This document shows, in pieces, positions 20,315-28,094 of a stretch of DNA of 40,000 nt (positions within the stretch are counted from its first letter, which is position 1; each line of letters opens with the position of its first letter). Position numbers and translations under genes: made by a program. Where the stretch lies: the NCBI RefSeq assembly GCF_039548255.1, contig NZ_JBCLVH010000012.1, forward strand, positions 76,354-116,353. Reading direction: 5' to 3'. The notes beneath the pieces are model-generated. The model was not told the DNA's origin. It searched no databases and worked only from the letters and a program-made list of their open reading frames with translations. Origin of the DNA: Lentibacillus songyuanensis (GTDB lineage Bacteria > Bacillota > Bacilli > Bacillales > Amphibacillaceae).

Positions 20315-20728
20315 ATGGCTTTATCACCAGAAGTTGATGTTGAGTTACCTGATGAAGATGTGGAAATAGAAACACTAAGAACATATAAAATTGATTACGA
20401 AACCATGACTATCACGAAAGAAATAATCGAAGGTATGGAAGCGATTAGGCAATTCATCTACATGGTTTTACGTACACAACGTTATGAGCATTTTATTTAT
20501 TCTACAGATTACGGTAGTGAAATAGATGCCCTGTTATCTGATAGTGAGGTTACGCAGGAGTTCAAAATAATGGAACTGCCACGCTTAATAACAGAGGCAT
20601 TAATCTACGATGAACGAATAGATGATGTTACCGATTTTGACATTAAACAAGAGTTTGATGCGTTCCGCGTTAGTTTTGCAGTCCATACCGTAGAGGGAAT
20701 TCTTGAAATAGAGGAGGTGCTAGAATAA
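20315..20728 (+). CDS. Baseplate wedge protein (XkdS-like, gp25/W-like)
   Basis: 137 aa; GMEAIRQFIYMVLRTQRYEHFIYSTDYGSE resembles the gp25-like family. Confidence 0.65.
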   Translation: MALSPEVDVELPDEDVEIETLRTYKIDYETMTITKEIIEGMEAIRQFIYMVLRTQRYEHFIYSTDYGSEIDALLSDSEVTQEFKIMELPRLITEALIYDERIDDVTDFDIKQEFDAFRVSFAVHTVEGILEIEEVLE

Positions 20729-21796
20729 ATGTTTGATAATATTTCGCCAGAATCACTATTAGAAGACATGTTAGATGAAGTTTCAGACGAATATGACAAG
20801 CGAGAGGGATCTGTAATATTTAACGCGCTTGCACCTGCGGCTGTAAAGCTATTTGAAACGTATATTTCTCTGGAACAGGTATTGGTTCTTGCTTTCCCTC
20901 AAACAAGTGAAGGGGAATACCTTGAAAAGATTACTGCAGGTGAAGGCGTGGAAAGAATTCTAGCAACTCCATCTACAAGACATTTCAAAGCGGAGGGAAC
21001 AGACGGAGAAATAGAACAAGGAACTCGTTTTTTCGTTGATGGCATCTATTTTGTTGCGCAAAAAACAGTTGAATTGCCAGTAACTTTCAAAGCTATATCA
21101 GAGGAAAAAGGTGCTGACACAGCTATTTATGACCCGGATACCATTTTACCTGTAGATGCCGATATTGACGGTCTTGAATCAATTTCCATGGTCAGTGATC
21201 ACGAAAATGACGTTGATGGCATTGATGATGAATCTGACAGTTCGCTACTCAAGAGATACTGGGAAAAGATTGAGAATTCACCGGGGCCAGGTAATGTTGC
21301 AGACTATATTAGGTGGTCGAAAGAGATTGCCGGGGTTGGGAATGTTCTTGTCGAGCCATTATGGAAAGGCGACGGCACTATAAGAGTTGTTATTCTTACT
21401 CCAGACGGAAAGCAAGCAACACCAGCACTAATAGAAGAGGTTCAAGAACTAATTGACCCGGATTCAAAGGGTGTAGGTGAAGGAAAAGCCCCTGTTGGCG
21501 CAAAAGTGACTGTTGCCACTGCGAAGGTCATGTATATTACTGCTACAATTCCAGATTTACAAATAGAACAGGGTTATACTGCTGATCAAGTTCAGTCGAA
21601 TATTGAAGATGCGTTGCACGAATACCTATCTGAAATAAATCCGGGTGGTGTAGTGCGAATTAAAGAGGCTGTCTCTGTTGTTATAAATGCTTCTGGTGTA
21701 CTTGATATCGGGGATATCCTGTTGAATGAAAAACGCGAAAACATCACGCTCGATATCACTGAACTTGCGAATCTTGGTGAGGTGACATACCCATGA
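20729..21796 (+). CDS. Baseplate J-like protein (XkdT-like)
   Basis: 355 aa; position and size fit the baseplate J family. Confidence 0.75.
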   Translation: MFDNISPESLLEDMLDEVSDEYDKREGSVIFNALAPAAVKLFETYISLEQVLVLAFPQTSEGEYLEKITAGEGVERILATPSTRHFKAEGTDGEIEQGTRFFVDGIYFVAQKTVELPVTFKAISEEKGADTAIYDPDTILPVDADIDGLESISMVSDHENDVDGIDDESDSSLLKRYWEKIENSPGPGNVADYIRWSKEIAGVGNVLVEPLWKGDGTIRVVILTPDGKQATPALIEEVQELIDPDSKGVGEGKAPVGAKVTVATAKVMYITATIPDLQIEQGYTADQVQSNIEDALHEYLSEINPGGVVRIKEAVSVVINASGVLDIGDILLNEKRENITLDITELANLGEVTYP

Positions 21797-22755
21797 AAGA
21801 ACAATTACTAGACTTGTTGCCGGAGCATTTCTCTATATTGAAAGAAATGCAAGAGATTGCACGTATAGAGGGGAAACAATTCAATGACTTACATGATTCG
21901 GTTGATGATCTGTTAGACCAGATGTACATCCATACAGCTACGTGGGGTCTTAGTTATTGGGAAAAGAGATACTTACTACCTGTTTTAAGTGAAGATACTG
22001 ACTACAAAAAGCGTAGGCGCCGTATTTTGACAAAGAAACGGAGCAACAAAGCAAACCTAATAGTCATATTAAGGGCTGTTGAACCTAATATAAGTCTTGC
22101 TTGGGGAGGATTGGTGCTGCCGTTCACCGTTGAAACGAATGTTGATTACTATGATTTTGGTGAATTAATAACCATATTAGAGACAGAAAAGCCATCTCAT
22201 TTAACGTATTCATTCAATTTGATTCCAAACGGATATACTGTCAAAGCTAATCGAAATGACCGGTATTCTGTTGCACTGAATCTTTTATCAGGTACAGCAA
22301 ATGCAGGGAGATTTCCGAGAGCGAATACCCGAGGTGAATCACTTCATACCATTTTACAAATACACAGCAAAAAAATAACCGGAGTTTCAGAACTACAACG
22401 GACTGCAGGTCTAGTCAGTGGAGGTAAAAATACACCAACGGCTTTTAGTAGTTCAGAAAGGTCATTTTTCAACATATCTATCAAGAACATAGGTGGAAAA
22501 TCAAGGTTTAATCCATCTGGTAAATATGAATCCGGACAAATATTTTATGATGCTGCGGGTGCTTCTCGTCAATCAACATTAAATCACAAGTCTGAATCCA
22601 TTACAGGTATTTCTGATTTGAAATCTGGCCAAGTCAATACCAAGTCGATTGGTGTTACTGTCATAGAAGAAACAATCATTAACTCTGTTGCTCCAACGGG
22701 AGTAGCCACCCCCATTAGATGTGGGACAATATCTGCTAGTAAGGAGGTGGCATAA
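21793..22755 (+). CDS. Tail protein I-like (XkdU-like) with an extended Ser/Thr/Gly-rich C-terminus
   Basis: The N-terminal roughly 170 aa resemble the DUF2313/P2 gpI family by synteny. The C-terminal roughly 150 aa are of unknown type. Confidence 0.6.
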   Translation: MKEQLLDLLPEHFSILKEMQEIARIEGKQFNDLHDSVDDLLDQMYIHTATWGLSYWEKRYLLPVLSEDTDYKKRRRRILTKKRSNKANLIVILRAVEPNISLAWGGLVLPFTVETNVDYYDFGELITILETEKPSHLTYSFNLIPNGYTVKANRNDRYSVALNLLSGTANAGRFPRANTRGESLHTILQIHSKKITGVSELQRTAGLVSGGKNTPTAFSSSERSFFNISIKNIGGKSRFNPSGKYESGQIFYDAAGASRQSTLNHKSESITGISDLKSGQVNTKSIGVTVIEETIINSVAPTGVATPIRCGTISASKEVA

Positions 22756-23046
22756 TTGCTAAAAATAATCAATGAAATAGTAGATTACATTGATGAACGG
22801 GCTGTCAAAGCAGACTACACCATCAACGGAAAAACGTATCCGGCCAAGATTAGGCGTTCTCTTGTTAAGGGAAATACGTTAAGAAAACATATATATTTAA
22901 CTCATAAAGACCCGACGGGAACCGTTACAAGAGCTAGGCTACTTGATGAAGATGGAGGGGTTGTCGCTGAACGAAATGACAGCCAAGAACATGAGGAAAA
23001 TAAGGGTTTGCTGTTAGAATTTAAAATCACTATTCAGGAGGTGTGA
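22756..23046 (+). CDS. Small hypothetical tail-fibre-region protein (96 aa, TTG start)
   Basis: Preceded by AAGGAGGTGG; abuts the previous stop. Confidence 0.5.
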   Translation: MLKIINEIVDYIDERAVKADYTINGKTYPAKIRRSLVKGNTLRKHIYLTHKDPTGTVTRARLLDEDGGVVAERNDSQEHEENKGLLLEFKITIQEV

Positions 23047-23048
23047 GT

Positions 23049-23561
23049 ATGTCAGTTAAAGATTACCGTGATCAATCATATGTACCTACAGAGTGGGAAG
23101 ACCAAGTCGTTGATAAAGATTCGGGAGATGTGTTAGTTGAAGGTACGCCAGTCGCAGAGACAACCTTAGGAAACTTAGAAACAGGCGTCATGCTATCCCA
23201 CTTCGATATTGGCATGCTACTGGCATTCGCGAATCAGTTGGGTACGTTAAACCAAAAAGAGTTAGACAAAATCAAAAATCAACGTATTCTACAAGGAAGC
23301 GGGACAATAACCAATACAATCAGTGATAACGGATATTTTAGGTCATCTGAGCCGTTTAAAACAATTTCCTTAGAAGGGTATTCACAAGTAAATGCGCCAA
23401 ATTATGATGTAATATTAACGCCTAAACCGACTGATGAATCGACTGGTTGTGTTGGAAAGTTGATTGCTTATGATAAAACAAGAAATGGCTTCAAGGTAAA
23501 AATGACGGGATCTGCAGATTCGGTCTCTTTTTTATGGACTTTAATCAACCCAAACGTATAA
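23049..23561 (+). CDS. Putative tail fibre / receptor-binding protein (XkdV position)
   Basis: ATG lies 8 nt after AGGAGG (the ORF track starts at GTG 23043). The N-terminus PTEWEDQVVD...GTPVAETTLGNLETG is the conserved N-terminal motif of Firmicutes phage fibre proteins. Confidence 0.55.
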   Translation: MSVKDYRDQSYVPTEWEDQVVDKDSGDVLVEGTPVAETTLGNLETGVMLSHFDIGMLLAFANQLGTLNQKELDKIKNQRILQGSGTITNTISDNGYFRSSEPFKTISLEGYSQVNAPNYDVILTPKPTDESTGCVGKLIAYDKTRNGFKVKMTGSADSVSFLWTLINPNV

Positions 23562-23576
23562 AAGGAGGAAAAATCA

Positions 23577-23969
23577 ATGATTATAACAAGCGCAAACAGT
23601 GGCCGCAAAGCAAATTATTCTTTGAGCGGTACTAAATTAACCATTGAAAATCAAATAACTATTGACTTGCAAGATAAAGAACGCACGGTTGAAAGGGTTA
23701 TAGATGTTTGTCTGGACAGACAGTTAGTAACCATTCGGGAGGGGTTGGGCGCATGGTATGTCGCTAATATCATCATCCCACCAAGACGCTATTCTTATCA
23801 ACCCAGCGGAGAAAAAGACGAAAATGACGAGAAAATCATGGAAGAGGTAGAACTTCCGGTGGATCCGTCATTGGTTGAATTAAGATTGTGGGGGCTTCCT
23901 ACGCAGTACTTTGAAAATGAAGATGAAGAAAGCGAAGACGAAACAAACGAATCGGAGGATGATGAATAA
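23577..23969 (+). CDS. Hypothetical protein with an acidic tail (XkdW position)
   Basis: 130 aa; AAGGAGG RBS; the stop overlaps the ATG of the DGR target gene. Confidence 0.5.
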   Translation: MIITSANSGRKANYSLSGTKLTIENQITIDLQDKERTVERVIDVCLDRQLVTIREGLGAWYVANIIIPPRRYSYQPSGEKDENDEKIMEEVELPVDPSLVELRLWGLPTQYFENEDEESEDETNESEDDE

Positions 23970-25027
23970 TGTCATTTATTTTATCGGTAAAAGACACATA
24001 TAGACAAGCTGTAGAAGCGGCAAGCGGTGGGAAAAACACTGTTATGTATGACGACAAAGGAAACCCATCAATTATGGTGTGCATCCCTCGTTTCAACTTG
24101 AGTGATGTGATTGACGGCGCGCCTAACACACCACACCCAGCATTTATTGTTGATGGTGTTGTTAAAAAGGAAATTTGGGTATCTAAGTTCCAGAATATTG
24201 TCCACGATGGCCGCGCATATTCGATTCCGGGTGTAGACCCTAAAGCATCTATTAATTTCAATGACTCAAAAGATGCATGTACCCGGAAGGGAGAAGGTTG
24301 GCACTTAATGACTAATGCTGAATGGGCTGCATTGGCTTTATGGTCTAAGAAAAATGGAACAATGCCACGCGGAAACAATGATTATGGAAAAGACCACTCT
24401 GCATCATATGAACGAGGAGTTGAAACCTATGAAACAGGGGGCAGAACAGGTCGTGTGGCAACTGGATCAGGGCCAGCAACTTGGAGTCATGATCATACGC
24501 CGTTCGGAGTGTTTGATTTAAACGGTAACGTCCGTGAGTGGGTAGACGGTTTACGCCTTATTGACGGTAAGATATACGTACATCAAGATAATGACTTTAA
24601 TACGCCGGATTCGTTGTCTAATTGGGTGGATACCGAGATATATGTAGATAACTCGGAAAAAGGCAATGACAGAAAAGAGTCCAATACTGTTAGCGGAAAA
24701 CCTATTTTGAACAGCAAAAGAGAGAATCCGATGTACACAGGTGGAGACGTTGATGATTATTACGGTTACAACTACACCGGCTTTGAAGACCTCGAAACAA
24801 AGAGCGGGGTTAGTACACCAGATTTACTAAAATATTTGGCTATTGCGCCTACCGAAGGAGACCATGGCGGTGACAGATTCTATGCACGTAACTATGGTGA
24901 GCGTTTCGCGCTCCGTGGAGGCCATTGGAGCCACGGTGCTAATGCTGGTGTGTTCTACCTGTACTTGCACAACCGTGCTTCGCGTTCGCTTACGCTTCTT
25001 GGCTTTCGCTCGTCGCTGGTTTTATGA
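23969..25027 (+). CDS. DGR variable (target) protein, C-type lectin / FGE-sulfatase-like fold; probable distal receptor-binding protein
   Basis: GWHLMTNAEWAALALW and FDLNGNVREWVDG motifs. C-terminus GGHWSHGANAGVFYLYLHNRASRSLTLLGFRSSLVL. The last 125 bp are repeated, with adenine-specific differences, at 25471-25595. Confidence 0.9.
   Translation: MSFILSVKDTYRQAVEAASGGKNTVMYDDKGNPSIMVCIPRFNLSDVIDGAPNTPHPAFIVDGVVKKEIWVSKFQNIVHDGRAYSIPGVDPKASINFNDSKDACTRKGEGWHLMTNAEWAALALWSKKNGTMPRGNNDYGKDHSASYERGVETYETGGRTGRVATGSGPATWSHDHTPFGVFDLNGNVREWVDGLRLIDGKIYVHQDNDFNTPDSLSNWVDTEIYVDNSEKGNDRKESNTVSGKPILNSKRENPMYTGGDVDDYYGYNYTGFEDLETKSGVSTPDLLKYLAIAPTEGDHGGDRFYARNYGERFALRGGHWSHGANAGVFYLYLHNRASRSLTLLGFRSSLVL
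24897..25021 (+). repeat. DGR variable repeat (VR)
   Basis: Aligns without gaps to 25471-25595 (offset 574). There are 14 mismatches, 13 of them opposite TR adenines. The final 25 nt (24997-25021) contain no A and are identical, which makes them IMH-like. Confidence 0.92.
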
Positions 25028-25057
25028 GTTCTGTAATCTGATAACTGATAATCTGTT

Positions 25058-25079
25058 AGGCTCTGCGATAGCGGAGCCT
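25058..25079 (+). promoter_or_regulatory. Hairpin with GATA (GNRA-type) tetraloop downstream of VR; candidate DGR target-recognition hairpin/cruciform and/or terminator
   Basis: aggctctgc GATA gcggagcct forms a 9-bp stem including one T-G pair, followed by ttttac. Confidence 0.6.
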
Positions 25080-25102
25080 TTTACTTTAAGGGGATAGAAA
25101 CA

Positions 25103-25444
25103 TTGAATAGGGAAGACTTGAAAATACTGCAGAGAGCAAACGATATGATCGAATATGGTTACAAGGCGTTGAGGCAGTACCCAAAATCAGAGCGACACAC
25201 TCTTGCGGCAGACACCAAGCAGTGTATGTACAATATTTTAAAATTGATCATACGTGCGAATAAGCGTTATTTCAAAAAGACGACCTTACAGGATTTGGAT
25301 ATAGAAATAGACACATTAAGACATTTTATAAGGTTAGGCCAATCATTGGGTTTTCTTCCGTTTCGTAAATATGAAATATGGTCAAAGCAAATCAACGAAA
25401 TTGGAAAAATGCTAGGTGGTTGGATAAAATCTAACCCGAAATAA
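25103..25444 (+). CDS. avd: Accessory variability determinant (Avd; four-helix-bundle protein)
   Basis: 113 aa, TTG start. YPKSERHTLAADTKQ...LDIEIDTLRHFIRLGQSLGFL...EIGKMLGGWIK matches the Avd / 23S-IVS-protein family pattern. Lies between the target gene and TR. Confidence 0.85.
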   Translation: MNREDLKILQRANDMIEYGYKALRQYPKSERHTLAADTKQCMYNILKLIIRANKRYFKKTTLQDLDIEIDTLRHFIRLGQSLGFLPFRKYEIWSKQINEIGKMLGGWIKSNPK

Positions 25445-25470
25445 GTGTCCTTAGGGAATTGGTCATTTTT

Positions 25471-25595
25471 GTGAGCGTTTCGCGAACCGTGGAGGCAATT
25501 GGAACAATGGTGCTAATGCTGGTGTGTTCTACCTGAACTTGAACAACCGTGCTTCGAATTCGAATACGAATCTTGGCTTTCGCTCGTCGCTGGTT
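25471..25595 (+). repeat. DGR template repeat (TR), non-coding
   Basis: Copy of the VR that keeps AAC/AAT at every diversified codon. Not part of any plausible + strand ORF. Confidence 0.92.
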
Positions 25596-25753
25596 CTCTC
25601 TGTCAGAAGTTACAAGCGTACTCGCTTGTATCCAGAATTGAAGAAAACGGACTGATTTCCTTGCCAATGGCGGCTAAAGATATAAATTGCCGGCAAATCA
25701 GTTAGTATATTGAATTGGAAAAGTGATACGGCCGGCCAACATAGAGAAAAAAG

Positions 25754-26842
25754 GTGAATAAAAATATGAAAAGGGTAGGTCAGTTATTTGAAAAAATAAT
25801 TGATTACGAAAATCTCTTTGAAGCATATTTAATGGCCAAAAAAGGGAAACGTTATAGAGGAGAGGTTTTAGATTTCAGCTATAATGCTGAGGAAGAATTA
25901 ATACAAATACAAAATGATTTAATATACGGAACTTATGAAGTTGGTCGATACCGTGAATTTTATGTGTACCATCCGAAAAAGAGATTAATTATGGCGTTAC
26001 CGTTTCGTGATAGAGTAGTTCAATGGGCGATTTATAAAGTGCTTTATCCAATTTATTTCAAAAGGTTTATAAAAGATTCTTATGCCTGTATAAACGGAAG
26101 AGGTTCACATAGTGCTGCAGCAAGAATCCAGTATTGGTTGCGGCAATTAGAAAGACAACCGGGTAAAACCTATTATCTGCAGATGGATATGTCGAAGTAT
26201 TTTTATAGAATCAACCACGACATTTTATTGTCGATAATTTCTAGAACAATAAAAGATAAAGACCTCATGGTTTTGTTGGCCAGAATTATAAAAAGTGAAC
26301 ATACAAAGTTTGGAATACCGCTAGGTGACCATTTCTATGAACAAGAAAGAGTTGATGGTGTTGGCATGCCAATCGGTAATCTAACAAGTCAACTGTTCGC
26401 CAATGTCTATCTTAATGAAATGGATCAGTATGCTAAACATGATATGAAGGTACGTCATTATATACGTTATATGGATGACATAGTTATTCTTCATAAGGAT
26501 AAGAATGAATTGAAAGAAATATTGATAGAATCAAATTTGTTTCTGCAACATGAATTACATCTTCAAATTAACAACAAGACAAGAATCGACAACACTAACC
26601 ACGGAGTGGATTTTGTCGGAAAAAGAATATGGCCAACCCACATGAAATTAAGAAAAGAAACTGTGAAAAACATGAAATCAAGGCTAAAGTACATACAAAA
26701 ACAATTTGCCTTTGGGGAGGTGAGTACAGATGAAGTGAGGTCTGTTTTATCGTCTTATCTTGGATTAATGAAGCACACAGATTCGCATAATCTGAGAAAG
26801 AAGATATTGAAAGAATTTGTATTAACAAGAGGCGCCGAATAG
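25754..26842 (+). CDS. DGR reverse transcriptase
   Basis: RT motifs YLQMDMSKYF, GMPIGNLTSQLFANVYL (the DGR-typical I/LGxxxSQ) and IRYMDDIVIL (YMDD). The start may be ATG at 25766 rather than GTG at 25754. Confidence 0.92.
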   Translation: MNKNMKRVGQLFEKIIDYENLFEAYLMAKKGKRYRGEVLDFSYNAEEELIQIQNDLIYGTYEVGRYREFYVYHPKKRLIMALPFRDRVVQWAIYKVLYPIYFKRFIKDSYACINGRGSHSAAARIQYWLRQLERQPGKTYYLQMDMSKYFYRINHDILLSIISRTIKDKDLMVLLARIIKSEHTKFGIPLGDHFYEQERVDGVGMPIGNLTSQLFANVYLNEMDQYAKHDMKVRHYIRYMDDIVILHKDKNELKEILIESNLFLQHELHLQINNKTRIDNTNHGVDFVGKRIWPTHMKLRKETVKNMKSRLKYIQKQFAFGEVSTDEVRSVLSSYLGLMKHTDSHNLRKKILKEFVLTRGAE

Positions 26843-26854
26843 GGCGTATTTTTT
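26832..26854 (+). terminator. Weak intrinsic terminator overlapping the RT stop codon
   Basis: gcgcc gaatag ggcgt hairpin followed by atttttt. Confidence 0.35.
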
Positions 26855-26901
26855 ATGGATGAATACGAGGATGTCTAAAGTCAACACGAGAGGGAGATTT
26901 T

Positions 26902-27312
26902 ATGTTTAGACATTACAATGAAGCAAAGTTTTTAGCGAACATGTATATATTAACCATATCGCTATTTAATTTTATGACGGGCATATTTTTTATTACTGCG
27001 GATCCGCGAATATCGTCGCCAACATATACAAAAATGCAAGATTTGATGCCCCTGTCAGTCTACGGCCTGATAATGCTGACATCATCCATTTTGCTGTTTT
27101 CTTGTATTTTCCAGCAAGGGAAAATAAGATGTATTTTTATGATGATTGGCGGGTTTTTAGGTGCTATTAGCATTGGTTTATACGCCAGTGCAAGCTCTAT
27201 AGGAGCGGTCAATATAATGTTGCCTTCAAGATATAGTTTGATTAGTATATCATGTTTGCTCATATCGATCGCTGGAGGTTTTAGTTTATGGCGAATGAGG
27301 ATGAGTATGTAA
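26902..27312 (+). CDS. Integral membrane protein (about 4 TM segments), function unknown
   Basis: 136 aa. Hydrophobic stretches FLANMYILTISLFNFMTGIFFI, LSVYGLIMLTSSILLFSCIF, CIFMMIGGFLGAISIGLYA and LISISCLLISIAGGFSLW. RBS GAGGGAG. Confidence 0.65.
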   Translation: MFRHYNEAKFLANMYILTISLFNFMTGIFFITADPRISSPTYTKMQDLMPLSVYGLIMLTSSILLFSCIFQQGKIRCIFMMIGGFLGAISIGLYASASSIGAVNIMLPSRYSLISISCLLISIAGGFSLWRMRMSM

Positions 27313-27686
27313 CAAGACTGGAATTAATAAAAACACAAAACGATTTAAAAAACGATGTGACAGAGCGGATAGACAACGTACGCAAGAAAGTTGATACCTT
27401 GAACGATATAGTTCTACCGTTGGTGGAATCATCAAAACAAACAGCAAAAAACACAGATAGAATGGCCACTGTACTTGACGAGTTTACGAACGACCAAAGG
27501 AAGCGAAACGGCGACTTTTATGACCGGCTTCACGAGCATGATAGGGCTATAGATAATCTGGGTTTAAAAACGAAATATAGAACAGAGGACAAAAAGCAAA
27601 TGGCGAAAATTATAGTAGCCGGTATTGGCCTGGTTGCCGCTATAGTGAGTGGTATATTCGGGCTTGCGCCGTTGTTTTTTAACTAG
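27288..27686 (+). CDS. XhlA-like lysis-associated protein (coiled coil plus C-terminal TM anchor)
   Basis: 132 aa; C-terminal IIVAGIGLVAAIVSGIFGLAPLFF; lies directly upstream of the holin, as in PBSX xhlA. Confidence 0.55.
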   Translation: MANEDEYVTRLELIKTQNDLKNDVTERIDNVRKKVDTLNDIVLPLVESSKQTAKNTDRMATVLDEFTNDQRKRNGDFYDRLHEHDRAIDNLGLKTKYRTEDKKQMAKIIVAGIGLVAAIVSGIFGLAPLFFN

Positions 27687-27696
27687 GAGGGGTAAA

Positions 27697-28038
27697 GTGG
27701 AATCACTAACAAGTAGTTTAATAGAAGCAGTTTTTACAGTCGTCGGAATACTTTTAGCCGCGGCTGTTTCTTATTTTACGCCAAAAATAAAGCGGTGGCT
27801 TGATAAGGCTGTAGATAAAGACAACCTCGGGATCATTGAGTCTGTGGTAGATATGGCCGTGGAACTAATGGAAAATGAATTCAGCGGGCAGAGTGGCCAA
27901 GAAAAGTTCAATCAAGCATCTGAGTATGTTGCTTTAATGGCGCACCGTTATGGAATTGAAGTGTCGGATGAATTTATACGTGGAGCTGTACAAAAAGGCT
28001 GGCGTCGAATGGATGAAAAACAAAAGAGCAAAGAGTAA
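27697..28038 (+). CDS. Holin (LL-H-like: one N-terminal TM, charged C-terminal domain)
   Basis: GTG start after AGGAGGGG. N-terminal LIEAVFTVVGILLAAAVSYF followed by a hydrophilic domain. Confidence 0.6.
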   Translation: MESLTSSLIEAVFTVVGILLAAAVSYFTPKIKRWLDKAVDKDNLGIIESVVDMAVELMENEFSGQSGQEKFNQASEYVALMAHRYGIEVSDEFIRGAVQKGWRRMDEKQKSKE

Positions 28039-28062
28039 TTCATAAATGGATTGCTCTTTTTT
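28023..28062 (+). terminator. Possible terminator overlapping the end of the holin gene
   Basis: aaagagcaa (28023-28031) pairs with ttgctcttt (28051-28059); 19-nt loop; T run follows. Confidence 0.35.
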
Positions 28063-28094
28063 GTTTCTTAAAAATATGAAAGGAATGATCAACT

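Larger units (their letters stand above)
23969..26842 (+). mobile_element. Diversity-generating retroelement cassette (target/VR, avd, TR, RT)
   Basis: See the component features below. Same component order as the Bordetella phage BPP-1 DGR (mtd-avd-TR-brt). Confidence 0.93.

Noticed and set aside
24843-25097. 84-aa + strand ORF in an alternative frame over the VR
   Set aside because: It lies almost entirely inside the well-supported target CDS in another frame (only its last ~70 nt extend past the target stop) and has no RBS.
25471-25595. Reading the second copy as a decayed gene-fragment duplication of the target gene
   Set aside because: Random decay would not put 13 of 14 differences on adenines of one copy. 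An adjacent Avd and RT also argue for a TR.
25431-25667. 78-aa ORF on the - strand covering the TR
   Set aside because: It is antisense to the template repeat, has no RBS, and its sequence is explained by the TR being a copy of the target gene's 3' end.
25754-26842. The RT as a retron or group II intron RT
   Set aside because: It has the DGR-typical IGNLTSQ motif and lies next to Avd and a TR/VR pair. There is no maturase/X or endonuclease domain, no intron RNA domains and no msr/msd-like inverted repeats.
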